Source: Dehalococcoidia bacterium (lineage in GTDB: Bacteria; Chloroflexota; Dehalococcoidia; UBA2979). Taken from it: DNA of 53,436 bases. A program made the translations under genes and the position numbers. Position 1 is the first letter of the stretch, and every line of letters starts with the position of its first letter. The DNA is taken from assembly GCA_034420575.1 (NCBI GenBank), contig DAOULE010000210.1, positions 1 through 53,436 of the forward strand, read 5' to 3'. A model generated the notes under the pieces. That model did not search any database. It worked only from the letters and a program-made list of their open reading frames with translations, and was not told where the DNA came from. Shown one piece after another: positions 35,709 to 43,254 of the stretch.

Positions 35709-35783
35709 CTCCCGAGGGACGAGAGAATAAGGTTCGACAGCACAAGCGCGTAAGCATATAGTCGCACCAACGGGAGGACATAC

Positions 35784-36686
35784 GTGGTAGGCGAAACCGC
35801 GACTCTGACGAGGGAGATCCAGGCGGAGTACCGAATCAACGGAACGGCCGGATCGCATCCGCCGGAGCCACTCGCAACGCAGCACGAAGTTCGCGTTGGC
35901 GACGCGAGGAACCTCGACTGGATCGAGGACAACTCAGTGCATCTCGTCTGCACCAGCCCCCCCTACGGGATGCTCAAGGAGTATCCCGTAGGCGAAGGGC
36001 AACTGGGCAACATCCCCGACTACGACGCCTTCCTGGAGGAACTGGACAAGGTGTGGGCGGAGTGTCTCCGGGTGCTCGTCCCGGGTGGTCGCGTCGCTTG
36101 TGTCGTCGGCGACATCTGTCTGTCCCGACGGAGCGCCGGACGGCACCACGTGCTTCCGCTATCGGCCGATATCCAGGTTCGCGCTCGAGAGATCGGGTTC
36201 GACTGCCTCACGCCGATCCTGTGGCTCAAGGTAGCCAACATCGCCCTCGAGGCATCGAACTCAAGCCGTTACCTCGGGAAGCCGAACCTGCCGAACGGCA
36301 TCGTGAAGAACGATATCGAGCACATCCTGTTCCTGCGCAAGCCCGGCGGCTACCGCAGCCCGACCGAGGACCAGCAGCGCCGATCCTTCATTCCCACCGA
36401 CGAGTACGCGACGCTCTTTAGACCGATATGGTCGGACGTCTCAGGCCAATTGCGCCGCGATCACCCCGCCCCTTACCCGCCAGCGATCCCGGAGCGCCTC
36501 ATCCGGATGTTCAGCTTCGCTGGCGACACTGTACTTGACCCGTTCAGCGGCACAGGCACGACAGCCTTGGCGGCGATGCAGCAGGGCCGCAACTCGATTT
36601 CAGCAGATATCGAGGGCAGCTACGTGGAACTGACGCGCAAGCGCCTAGCGACGAGTGAGTTGCCGGGCAAGGTCGTCACAGCATGA
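35784..36686 (+). CDS. type II DNA methyltransferase, beta-class N4/N6 family (SPPY motif IV before FxGxG motif I; possibly m4C)
   Basis: 300 aa. GTG 35784 has GGGAGG upstream. Motifs: HLVCTSPPYGMLKEY and VLDPFSGTGTTALAA. GC content is visibly lower than the flanks. Confidence 0.85.
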   Translation: MVGETATLTREIQAEYRINGTAGSHPPEPLATQHEVRVGDARNLDWIEDNSVHLVCTSPPYGMLKEYPVGEGQLGNIPDYDAFLEELDKVWAECLRVLVPGGRVACVVGDICLSRRSAGRHHVLPLSADIQVRAREIGFDCLTPILWLKVANIALEASNSSRYLGKPNLPNGIVKNDIEHILFLRKPGGYRSPTEDQQRRSFIPTDEYATLFRPIWSDVSGQLRRDHPAPYPPAIPERLIRMFSFAGDTVLDPFSGTGTTALAAMQQGRNSISADIEGSYVELTRKRLATSELPGKVVTA

Positions 36687-36698
36687 TGTAGGAGGGTC

Positions 36699-37418
36699 GT
36701 GAGCTACAGACTGCTAGATCGGTTCAGGAACACCTTTGAGGGCCAGAAGTACAACCATCGTCGGTCCACGCTCGGCGACGCGATTGCTATTGAGCTCTTC
36801 GAGGACTTGGTCACGCTCAATGGCGCGACCTCGTCCGATCTCAAGGAACGGATCGCTCAGCGGTCGAGCGTATTGAACCGAGCCAATCGAACGCGCGGTC
36901 GAGTGGCGCGGCGGGGGGACGGAACCTTTGGCAGGCGCGTACCGAGTGCTGAGGCCGTCACGGAGGACGGATTTGAGGTTGGTCGAGGCCAGATCGCGAC
37001 GGTTGAAATCGGCGTCGAGGTCAAGATTCTCGCGAAGGCGATGCTCAAGCAGATCGATAGAGTGATTAGCGATCTCGGGAAACAGGTCGAGCACTTTCGC
37101 CGCGGAGGGCGCAACGCGATTAGCGTAGGCGTTGTCGGCGTCAACTTCGCGGAAACGTATCGATCATTCGAAGGTGAGCGAGTTTTCGTTACTGACGGGC
37201 GCCGGTACGCACATCCAGTGGATGAAGCAGCAAAGGCTGAGCAACGCCTGATCGCCGAGGCTGGTCCACGCTTCGACGAGCTCGTCATCCTTCAGTTCCG
37301 CGCCACCAATCTTGAGCCGTTCCCGTTCGAATGGGTGGACGGTGAAGGCACGGAGCACGACTACTCGGCTGCGCTCGTCCGTGTCTCCGACGCCTACAGC
37401 GAGAGGTTCGGACACTAG
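36699..37418 (+). CDS. candidate cognate type II restriction endonuclease (uncharacterised)
   Basis: 239-aa ORF 12 nt after the methyltransferase, on the same strand, and the lowest-GC stretch of the window. A possible PD-(D/E)xK-like RRGDG...VEIGVEVK is present. I recognise no family. Confidence 0.5.
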   Translation: MSYRLLDRFRNTFEGQKYNHRRSTLGDAIAIELFEDLVTLNGATSSDLKERIAQRSSVLNRANRTRGRVARRGDGTFGRRVPSAEAVTEDGFEVGRGQIATVEIGVEVKILAKAMLKQIDRVISDLGKQVEHFRRGGRNAISVGVVGVNFAETYRSFEGERVFVTDGRRYAHPVDEAAKAEQRLIAEAGPRFDELVILQFRATNLEPFPFEWVDGEGTEHDYSAALVRVSDAYSERFGH

Positions 37419-37452
37419 CCCTCCCCACCCCAACCCGTGCGACAATACGCCC

Positions 37453-37851
37453 ATGCCGCGAAGGACCACGGGCTACAGCGACGCCCTCATCGACCACTTC
37501 GAGCATCCGCGCAACGCCGGCGCCATGGAGGACCCGGACGCCGAGGCGTTCGTGACCAATCCCGTGTGCGGGGACTCGATGCGCATCTTCCTGCGCATCG
37601 AGGATGAGCGCGTGGCCGCCGCCTCCTTCCTGACCTCGGGGTGCCCGGCCTCCATCGGCACCTCGTCCGCGGCGACCGAGTTGCTCGCGGGGCGCACGCT
37701 GGACGAGGCCGTCGCGCTGACGCGCGAGGACTACGCCGACGCCGTCGGCGGGTTGCCGAAGTCGAAGATCCACTGCTCGGTGCTCGCCGCCGCCGCCGTG
37801 CGCGAGGCGATCGAGACCTGGCGCAAGGACCAGGTGGGAGTCGCGTCGTGA
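37453..37851 (+). CDS. Fe-S cluster assembly scaffold, IscU/NifU N-terminal domain type
   Basis: The tail of ORF 37312..37851, starting at ATG 37453. It has HFEHPRNAG...NPVCGDSM...SGCPASIGTSS...KIHCSVLA, giving three conserved Cys. Confidence 0.85.
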   Translation: MPRRTTGYSDALIDHFEHPRNAGAMEDPDAEAFVTNPVCGDSMRIFLRIEDERVAAASFLTSGCPASIGTSSAATELLAGRTLDEAVALTREDYADAVGGLPKSKIHCSVLAAAAVREAIETWRKDQVGVAS

Positions 37852-38474
37852 GCGTCGCCGCGCTCATCCTCGCCGCGGGCGCGTCGACGCGCATGGGCTC
37901 GCCCAAGCCGCTGCTGCCGTGGGGCGACGGCTGTCTGCTGGCGTGGGAGCTCGACGTGCTGCGGCGCTCGCTCGTCGACGAGATCGTGGTGGTGACCGGC
38001 GCGTTCGCCGACGACGTGCGGCGCGAGTTGCCCGCCGGGGCGCGACGGCATTGCGTGTTCAACCCGCTGTGGGCGCAGGGGCGCTCGACGTCGCTCGCGA
38101 CCGGGGCTACTGCGCTGCTTGCGCCGTCGCGCGTGCGGCCGTCGGCGGTCGTCATCCAGAACGTGGACCAGCCGACGCGCGCCGACATCATCGACCGCCT
38201 CGTCGACGAGCTGCGCGCGACGGGCGCCGAGGCGGTGCAGCCCTCGCTGCGCGGGACGCGCGGCCACCCGGTGGTGGTCGACGGCTCGCTGCTCGAGGAG
38301 CTGGCGGGGGCGAACGAGGCGGAGCTGGGGCTGCGCGCCATCCTGCAGCGCCACCCCCCGCTGCAGGTGCCGATGGACGACGAGCCGATCGTGCGCATCG
38401 ACCTCGACACGCCGGACACGCTCGACGAGGGCCGCAGGCTCTGCGGCGTCCCGGACCCCGCGCCCGCGCGGTAG
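37848..38474 (+). CDS. MobA-like NTP transferase (MocA-type molybdenum cofactor cytidylyltransferase-like)
   Basis: GTG 37848 overlaps the IscU stop (GTGA). The N-terminus reads AALILAAGASTRMGSPKPLLPW. Confidence 0.75.
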   Translation: MSVAALILAAGASTRMGSPKPLLPWGDGCLLAWELDVLRRSLVDEIVVVTGAFADDVRRELPAGARRHCVFNPLWAQGRSTSLATGATALLAPSRVRPSAVVIQNVDQPTRADIIDRLVDELRATGAEAVQPSLRGTRGHPVVVDGSLLEELAGANEAELGLRAILQRHPPLQVPMDDEPIVRIDLDTPDTLDEGRRLCGVPDPAPAR

Positions 38475-38539
38475 CTCCGGGCGCCGAGGACGCCCCGGAC
38501 CGACTTCGGCTCCGGTCGGCCCGACTTCCGAGGTGAGCC

Positions 38540-39058
38540 ATGCAGATCGACATCGGCGAGTGGCAGGTGCGCAGCCATCGCGCCGAGGACGCCGAGTCGC
38601 TGGCGCGGTATGCGAACAACCGCAACGTCTGGCGCAACCTGCGCGACGGCTTCCCGTACCCGTACACGCTGGCCGACGCTCAGCAGTGGCTCGAACACGC
38701 GATGGCGCGCACGCCCGAGTCGAACTTCGCGATCGCCTCACCGGACGAGGTGATCGGGGGCATCGGGCTCACGTTCGGCAGCGACGTGCACCGGCGGTCC
38801 GCCGAGATCGGGTACTGGCTGGGCGAGCCGTTCTGGGGGCGCGGCATTGCGACTGCGGTGTTGCAGGCCGTGACCGAGTACGCGTTCGCCGAGCACGACC
38901 TCGTCCGCCTGCACGCGGGCGTGTACGAGTGGAATCCGGCGTCGGTGCGCGTGCTGGAGAAGGCGGGGTACGTCTTCGAGGGGCGGCTACGCAAGAGCGT
39001 CACCAAGGACGGACAGACCATCGACCAGCTCCTGTACGCGAGGATTCGCGAGGAGTAG
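38540..39058 (+). CDS. GNAT family N-acetyltransferase (RimJ/RimL-like)
   Basis: 172 aa: IGYWLGEPFWGRGIATAVLQAVTEYAF...NPASVRVLEKAGYVFEGRLR. Confidence 0.85.
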   Translation: MQIDIGEWQVRSHRAEDAESLARYANNRNVWRNLRDGFPYPYTLADAQQWLEHAMARTPESNFAIASPDEVIGGIGLTFGSDVHRRSAEIGYWLGEPFWGRGIATAVLQAVTEYAFAEHDLVRLHAGVYEWNPASVRVLEKAGYVFEGRLRKSVTKDGQTIDQLLYARIREE

Positions 39059-39790
39059 ATGCGCCTCGACTGCCTCGGCTCTGGCTTCGCGTTCTCCCAC
39101 GGCGCCTACTGGAGCGGCTTCCTGCTCGACGGGCGCGTGCTGCTCGACTGCCCGCCGCAGACGCTCCCCCACCTCTTCCGCCTCGACGTGCCGACGACGG
39201 CGGTCGACCTGGTACTGCTCTCGCACGAGCACTCCGACCACATCGGCGGCGTGGACCTGTTCCTGCTGGAGGAGCGCCGCGCGCACGACGAGGGCGGCGG
39301 GCGTGAGCGCCCGCTCGCCTTCGCCGGGCCTCGAGGCATCCACGACCGTCTGCGCCAGATCGTCGGCGACTCCTCGCGGCTGCCCGAGCGCGACGACCCG
39401 CGCGTCGAGTGGTTCGAGCAGTCCGGCGGCTCGTCGTTCCAGTGGGCCGGCGTGCAGGTGGAGTGCGTGGCGATGGACCACGCGCCGGGCATCGACGCGC
39501 TCGGGTTCCGCGTGCGGCTCCCCGGCGGCGTAGTCGCCTACTCGGGCGACACGGCGTACGGCGAGGCGGTGCTGAGCCTCGCCGAGGGCGCCGACATGCT
39601 CATCGCCGAGTGCGGCGGCGACAGCGGACACGGGCACATGGAGTGGGATGACCTGCGCGAGCTGCGGGCCGCCCTCGACGCCTCGACGCGCCTGCTCGTG
39701 ACGCACTACGACCCGCTCGCGGTCCCCGGGTGGGTGCGCCAGTTCAGCGCGATCGAGCTGGCGGAGGACTTCGGCGTCTACGAGATCTGA
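39059..39790 (+). CDS. MBL-fold metallo-hydrolase
   Basis: 243 aa with LLSHEHSDHIGG (HxHxDH). It starts directly after the GNAT stop. Confidence 0.8.
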   Translation: MRLDCLGSGFAFSHGAYWSGFLLDGRVLLDCPPQTLPHLFRLDVPTTAVDLVLLSHEHSDHIGGVDLFLLEERRAHDEGGGRERPLAFAGPRGIHDRLRQIVGDSSRLPERDDPRVEWFEQSGGSSFQWAGVQVECVAMDHAPGIDALGFRVRLPGGVVAYSGDTAYGEAVLSLAEGADMLIAECGGDSGHGHMEWDDLRELRAALDASTRLLVTHYDPLAVPGWVRQFSAIELAEDFGVYEI

Positions 39791-40419
39791 GAGGGCAGTG
39801 TCTCCCACCGCGGGTCGAGGACAGGTATCCCCCACTCGGCGGGAGGCCTCCATGTACGCCAGCGGTCCTCGATGGCCGGGTGGTCGCCGCGTCGCACCCA
39901 GGCGATCGCCCGCTCGGCCTCGGCGCGGACGGCGTCGGCCTCGGCGGCGCTCATGCTGCCGTAGGCGACCGCCTCCTCGAGCTCGTCCTCGTCCTTCCAT
40001 CGCGCCTCGCTGAGGTCGGGCGGAAGGACGATGTCGAGGTGCTGGTCGGATGTGTCGACGCCGATCGGCGTGCGCTGGATCGGCGTCTCCAGGTTCACGT
40101 ACCACTGCCGCACGTCGCCGTCTGCGAGGAACACGAGCACCGAGTGGCCCGCGCCCTCCATGAAGACGCGCACGATACCGCGGCCGAACCACACGTCGTC
40201 GCGCAGGCGCCACTCGCCGTGCGGAAGCCGGATGTCGTTGCCGTCGAGGTCCGTCGGGCGCTTCCAGACGGCGCCGGGAGGCGTGCAGACAGCGAGCACG
40301 TCGCCGCGGTCCTCGACCACGACGAAATTCCAGGCGGTGAAGACGCGGCCGTACCAGATGTTGCGCCCGACGATGGGATCGCCCGGCTGCCACAGCCGGG
40401 CCTTCACGGACGCAGCCAC
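39778..40419 (-). CDS. DUF402 domain protein (FomD/Ntdp-like nucleotide phosphohydrolase family), paralog A
   Basis: 213 aa with GTG start: WKRPTDLDGNDIRLPHGEWRLRDDVW...WYVNLETP...DQHLDIVLPPDLSEARWKDEDELEEAV. Confidence 0.7.
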   Translation of the reverse strand: MAASVKARLWQPGDPIVGRNIWYGRVFTAWNFVVVEDRGDVLAVCTPPGAVWKRPTDLDGNDIRLPHGEWRLRDDVWFGRGIVRVFMEGAGHSVLVFLADGDVRQWYVNLETPIQRTPIGVDTSDQHLDIVLPPDLSEARWKDEDELEEAVAYGSMSAAEADAVRAEAERAIAWVRRGDHPAIEDRWRTWRPPAEWGIPVLDPRWETLPSQIS

Positions 40420-40967
40420 CGCCGCATGACGTGACGGCGCTTACCCGCGCGGCCGGTCTCCTCGAACCCGGCGTCGAGGAACGTCGAGCGGATGCCCATG
40501 AACTGGTAGCTCGGCGAGTCGTGGTCGACCGGGTAGCCCTCGATCACGTCGGCGCCGGCGGCGGCCGCCTCGGCGCACGCGGCGTCGAGCAGTCGCGCGG
40601 TGATGCCGCGCCCGCGCTGCGGCCGCTGGGCGAAGAAGCAGGCGACGGCCCAGACGTTCGTGCCCGCTGGGTACTCGTCGCCGCCGAGCTCGCGGTACGT
40701 CTCGCGCGGCGCGACCGAGCACCACGCGACCGGCTCGCCCTCGACGTACGCGAGGAGGCCGACGGGCGTGCCGGCGAGCACCCTGCGTTCCATCTCCGCG
40801 CGCCGGGTGGCGTTCGTGCGTTCCACGCCGGCGGGCCACGGACGCCAGAGCATGCACCAGCAGTACTTGGGACCGCCGCGCCCGTCGAAGAGCGTCGCGA
40901 GGTCCGCCCAGCGCTCGGGTGTGACCGGCCGGAACTCCATCGCCGGCGCCTCGGTCACGTCGGTCAT
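40404..40967 (-). CDS. GNAT family N-acetyltransferase
   Basis: The tail of ORF 40404..41600, starting at ATG 40965-40967 (alternative ATG at 40940). It has GGPKYCWCMLWR...VACFFAQRPQRGRGITARLLDAA...GYP. Confidence 0.75.
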   Translation of the reverse strand: MTDVTEAPAMEFRPVTPERWADLATLFDGRGGPKYCWCMLWRPWPAGVERTNATRRAEMERRVLAGTPVGLLAYVEGEPVAWCSVAPRETYRELGGDEYPAGTNVWAVACFFAQRPQRGRGITARLLDAACAEAAAAGADVIEGYPVDHDSPSYQFMGIRSTFLDAGFEETGRAGKRRHVMRRWLRP

Positions 40968-41050
40968 GCGCGGGACTCCCACCGCGCGACCCAGTCTATG
41001 GTCGCCGCGCGCTGTCCGCCCTCGTCGCCCGGTTCGGCGATCCGAGGTCG

Positions 41051-41677
41051 CTAGATCGCGGGTGGGAGGGTCTCCCAGCCGGGCGCGAGCACGGGCACGT
41101 CCCACTCGGCGGGCACCGTCCAGGTGCGCCAGCGGTCCTCGAACGCGGGGTGGTCGCCGCGGCGGATCCACTCGACGGCACGCTCGCCCTCGGCGCGGAC
41201 CTCGGCGGCCTCGTCGGCGGTCATGCTGCCGAAGGCCACGGCCTCGTCGAGCTCGTCCTCGTCCTTCCACCGCACCGAGCTGAGGTCGCCCGGCAGGATG
41301 ATGTCGAGGTGCTGGTCCTTGAGGTCGAGGCCGATGGCGTTGCGCCGGAACGGCGTCTCCATGTTCACGTACCACCCGCCGACATCGCCGTCGCCGAGGA
41401 AGATGAGCACGGAGTGCGCCACGTCGCGCATCCACACGCGCACCATGCCGCGCCCGCGCCAGACATCGTCGCGCAGCCGCCACTCGACGTGGGGCAGCCG
41501 GATGTCGTTCCCGTCGAGGTCCACGGGGCGCTTCCAGACGGTGCCGGGCGGTGTGCAGGCCACGATCATGTCCCCGCTGTCCTCGATCACGACGAAGCAC
41601 GAGGCCGCGAAGATGCGGCCGTTCCAGATGCTGCGGGCGGTGATGTGCGTGCCGGGAGCCCAGCGGTCGGCGGTCAT
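41051..41677 (-). CDS. DUF402 domain protein, paralog B
   Basis: 208 aa, collinear with paralog A: WKRPVDLDGNDIRLPHVEWRLRDDVW...WYVNMETP...DQHLDIILPGDLSSVRWKDEDELDEAV. Confidence 0.7.
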   Translation of the reverse strand: MTADRWAPGTHITARSIWNGRIFAASCFVVIEDSGDMIVACTPPGTVWKRPVDLDGNDIRLPHVEWRLRDDVWRGRGMVRVWMRDVAHSVLIFLGDGDVGGWYVNMETPFRRNAIGLDLKDQHLDIILPGDLSSVRWKDEDELDEAVAFGSMTADEAAEVRAEGERAVEWIRRGDHPAFEDRWRTWTVPAEWDVPVLAPGWETLPPAI

Positions 41678-41723
41678 GGCGTCGAGGGTAGCGGAGCGCC
41701 GCGCCGGGTGCGTGCGAGGCCCG

Positions 41724-42149
41724 TCACCCTGCAGGTGCTACGTCCGCGAAGGGATTGACGACGCGCACACCGTCGTAGTCCTGCTCGTGGCTCATGTCCT
41801 CGGAGTACACGATGTCGCAGCCTGCGGTGCGGGCGGCGGCGAGAATGGCGCCGTCCCAGTACGACAGCCCGAAGCGCTCGCGGATCGCCAGCGCCATGCG
41901 CAGCACATCAAGGGTCATGTCCTGGATGGGAAAACGAGTCAGTGACTCGATCGCGCCAGCAGCCTGCTCGTGGGTCAAGGCACCGGGTGCCGAGACGCGT
42001 GTGGCCTGCGCGTAGAACTCCTGGAGCACCTGGATGGAGAGCATGAGATCGCCGCGCGTGAGGAGATCCAGCGCGATCTCGCGCTTGAGCTCTTCTCCAG
42101 GTGAGACCCTCAGGGCGTAGAGGAGGACGTTCGTGTCAACGAAGCGCAT
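41724..42149 (-). CDS. vapC: PIN-domain ribonuclease toxin VapC (second pair)
   Basis: The tail of ORF 41724..42242, starting at ATG 42147-42149. It has MRFVDTNVLLYAL...LSIQVLQEF...SYWDGAILAAA...IVYSEDM. Confidence 0.85.
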   Translation of the reverse strand: MRFVDTNVLLYALRVSPGEELKREIALDLLTRGDLMLSIQVLQEFYAQATRVSAPGALTHEQAAGAIESLTRFPIQDMTLDVLRMALAIRERFGLSYWDGAILAAARTAGCDIVYSEDMSHEQDYDGVRVVNPFADVAPAG

Positions 42150-42450
42150 CGCGGTCGTGGAGCTCGTCGCGTGACAGCCTCGCCTCTGCCCGACGCGCAT
42201 CGCGGTCGTAGAGCTCGTCGCGAGACAGGATGTCTTCCGCACGCAGGCCGCGCCCGCTCGCCCGGATCTCCGCCAGGACCTCGTCCTGCTTGCGCCTGAG
42301 GCGCTCGAAGCGCTCCTTGCGAGTCTCGCCGTGCACGAGCTCCTCCAGGAAGTCCCGCACGAGTGCGGACACCGATGTGTCAGACTCGGCAGCCCGGACC
42401 CGGGCCAGGCGGTAGGTCTCGTCGTCGACGGAGACGGTGATGTTTCTCAC
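42136..42450 (-). CDS. vapB: ribbon-helix-helix (CopG/VapB-type) antitoxin with duplicated C-terminal segment
   Basis: 104 aa with GTG start: MRNITVSVDDETYRLARVRAAESDTSVSALVRDFLEEL. It overlaps vapC by 14 nt. The C-terminus reads LSRDELYDRDARRAEARLSRDELHDRDALR. Confidence 0.8.
   Translation of the reverse strand: MRNITVSVDDETYRLARVRAAESDTSVSALVRDFLEELVHGETRKERFERLRRKQDEVLAEIRASGRGLRAEDILSRDELYDRDARRAEARLSRDELHDRDALR
42144..42228. repeat. 34-bp direct repeat (2 mismatches) with 51-bp period spanning the vapB 3' end / vapC start
   Basis: GCGCATCGCGGTCGTgGAGCTCGTCGCGtGACAG at 42144-42177 matches GCGCATCGCGGTCGTaGAGCTCGTCGCGaGACAG at 42195-42228. Confidence 0.9.
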
Positions 42451-42494
42451 AGTTCCACAACTCCACAGTTACACAGTTCCTGTGCTACACAGTA
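42448..42494 (-). promoter_or_regulatory. candidate vapB operator array: four CACAGT(T/A) repeats at 16-8-16 bp spacing
   Basis: CACAGTT occurs at 42448, 42464 and 42472, and CACAGTA at 42488. An inverted CACAG-ttc-CTGTG lies at 42472-42484. The first copy contains the GTG start. Confidence 0.5.
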
Positions 42495-42657
42495 CGTCTT
42501 GCGTCGGAGGCGCACAAGCCGGCTGCCGCAGCCAGCCCCATACGACGATGGTACAGGCGGATTGCTGGTGGCGATCCGGCCGTGATCCCCTCGCTCCGCT
42601 GTCCCCCACGCCCCCCGTCGGCTATGCTGCGCCGCGAGTGCCGGACACTGTCCGGCC

Positions 42658-43233
42658 GTGACCATGCGAGGGGGTACCGTGGCCTACGGCATGGGCATCG
42701 CCAAGGGCATGCTCGTCACCTTCAAGCACATCTTCCGCCCGCCCATCACCGTCTCCTACCCGGAGGAGGAGCGGGACGTGCCCGTGCGCGCCCGCACCAA
42801 CCTGCTGTGGTTCGAGGAGCGCTGTACCGGCTGCTCCACCTGCGCCCAGGCCTGCCCCGACGGCTGCATCCTCGTCCAGACCTCGCCGCGCGAGGACGGC
42901 ACCCTCAACGTCGACCGTTACGAGATCGACTTCCGCATCTGCATGTACTGCGGGCTCTGCACCGAGGCCTGCCCCTACCAGGCCATCCAGGCCGGCGGCC
43001 GGTACGACGACGCCGTCTACGTCTTCGAGGACATGTACCGCGACCGCGACGCGCTGACGCGCGAGGCGAAGGCGTACCTCGAGCGCACCGAGGGGACGTA
43101 CCCCAACGGGCAGCTCCAGGACGAGATCCCGCTCCGCACGGCCATGCCGACCGCGCGCGGACGCTTCCCCGTCGCCGGCAGCGAGGGCTCCTTCGGCCCG
43201 CAGCACCTGCCCGGCAAGCTCGACCGCGACTAG
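42658..43233 (+). CDS. nuoI: NADH-quinone oxidoreductase subunit I-like 2x[4Fe-4S] protein
   Basis: 191 aa: GIAKGMLVTFKHIFRPPITVSYPEE, CTGCSTCAQACP and CMYCGLCTEACP. The alternative start is ATG 42664. Confidence 0.85.
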   Translation: MTMRGGTVAYGMGIAKGMLVTFKHIFRPPITVSYPEEERDVPVRARTNLLWFEERCTGCSTCAQACPDGCILVQTSPREDGTLNVDRYEIDFRICMYCGLCTEACPYQAIQAGGRYDDAVYVFEDMYRDRDALTREAKAYLERTEGTYPNGQLQDEIPLRTAMPTARGRFPVAGSEGSFGPQHLPGKLDRD

Positions 43234-43254
43234 GCGCAGGAGAGGCTCCACACC

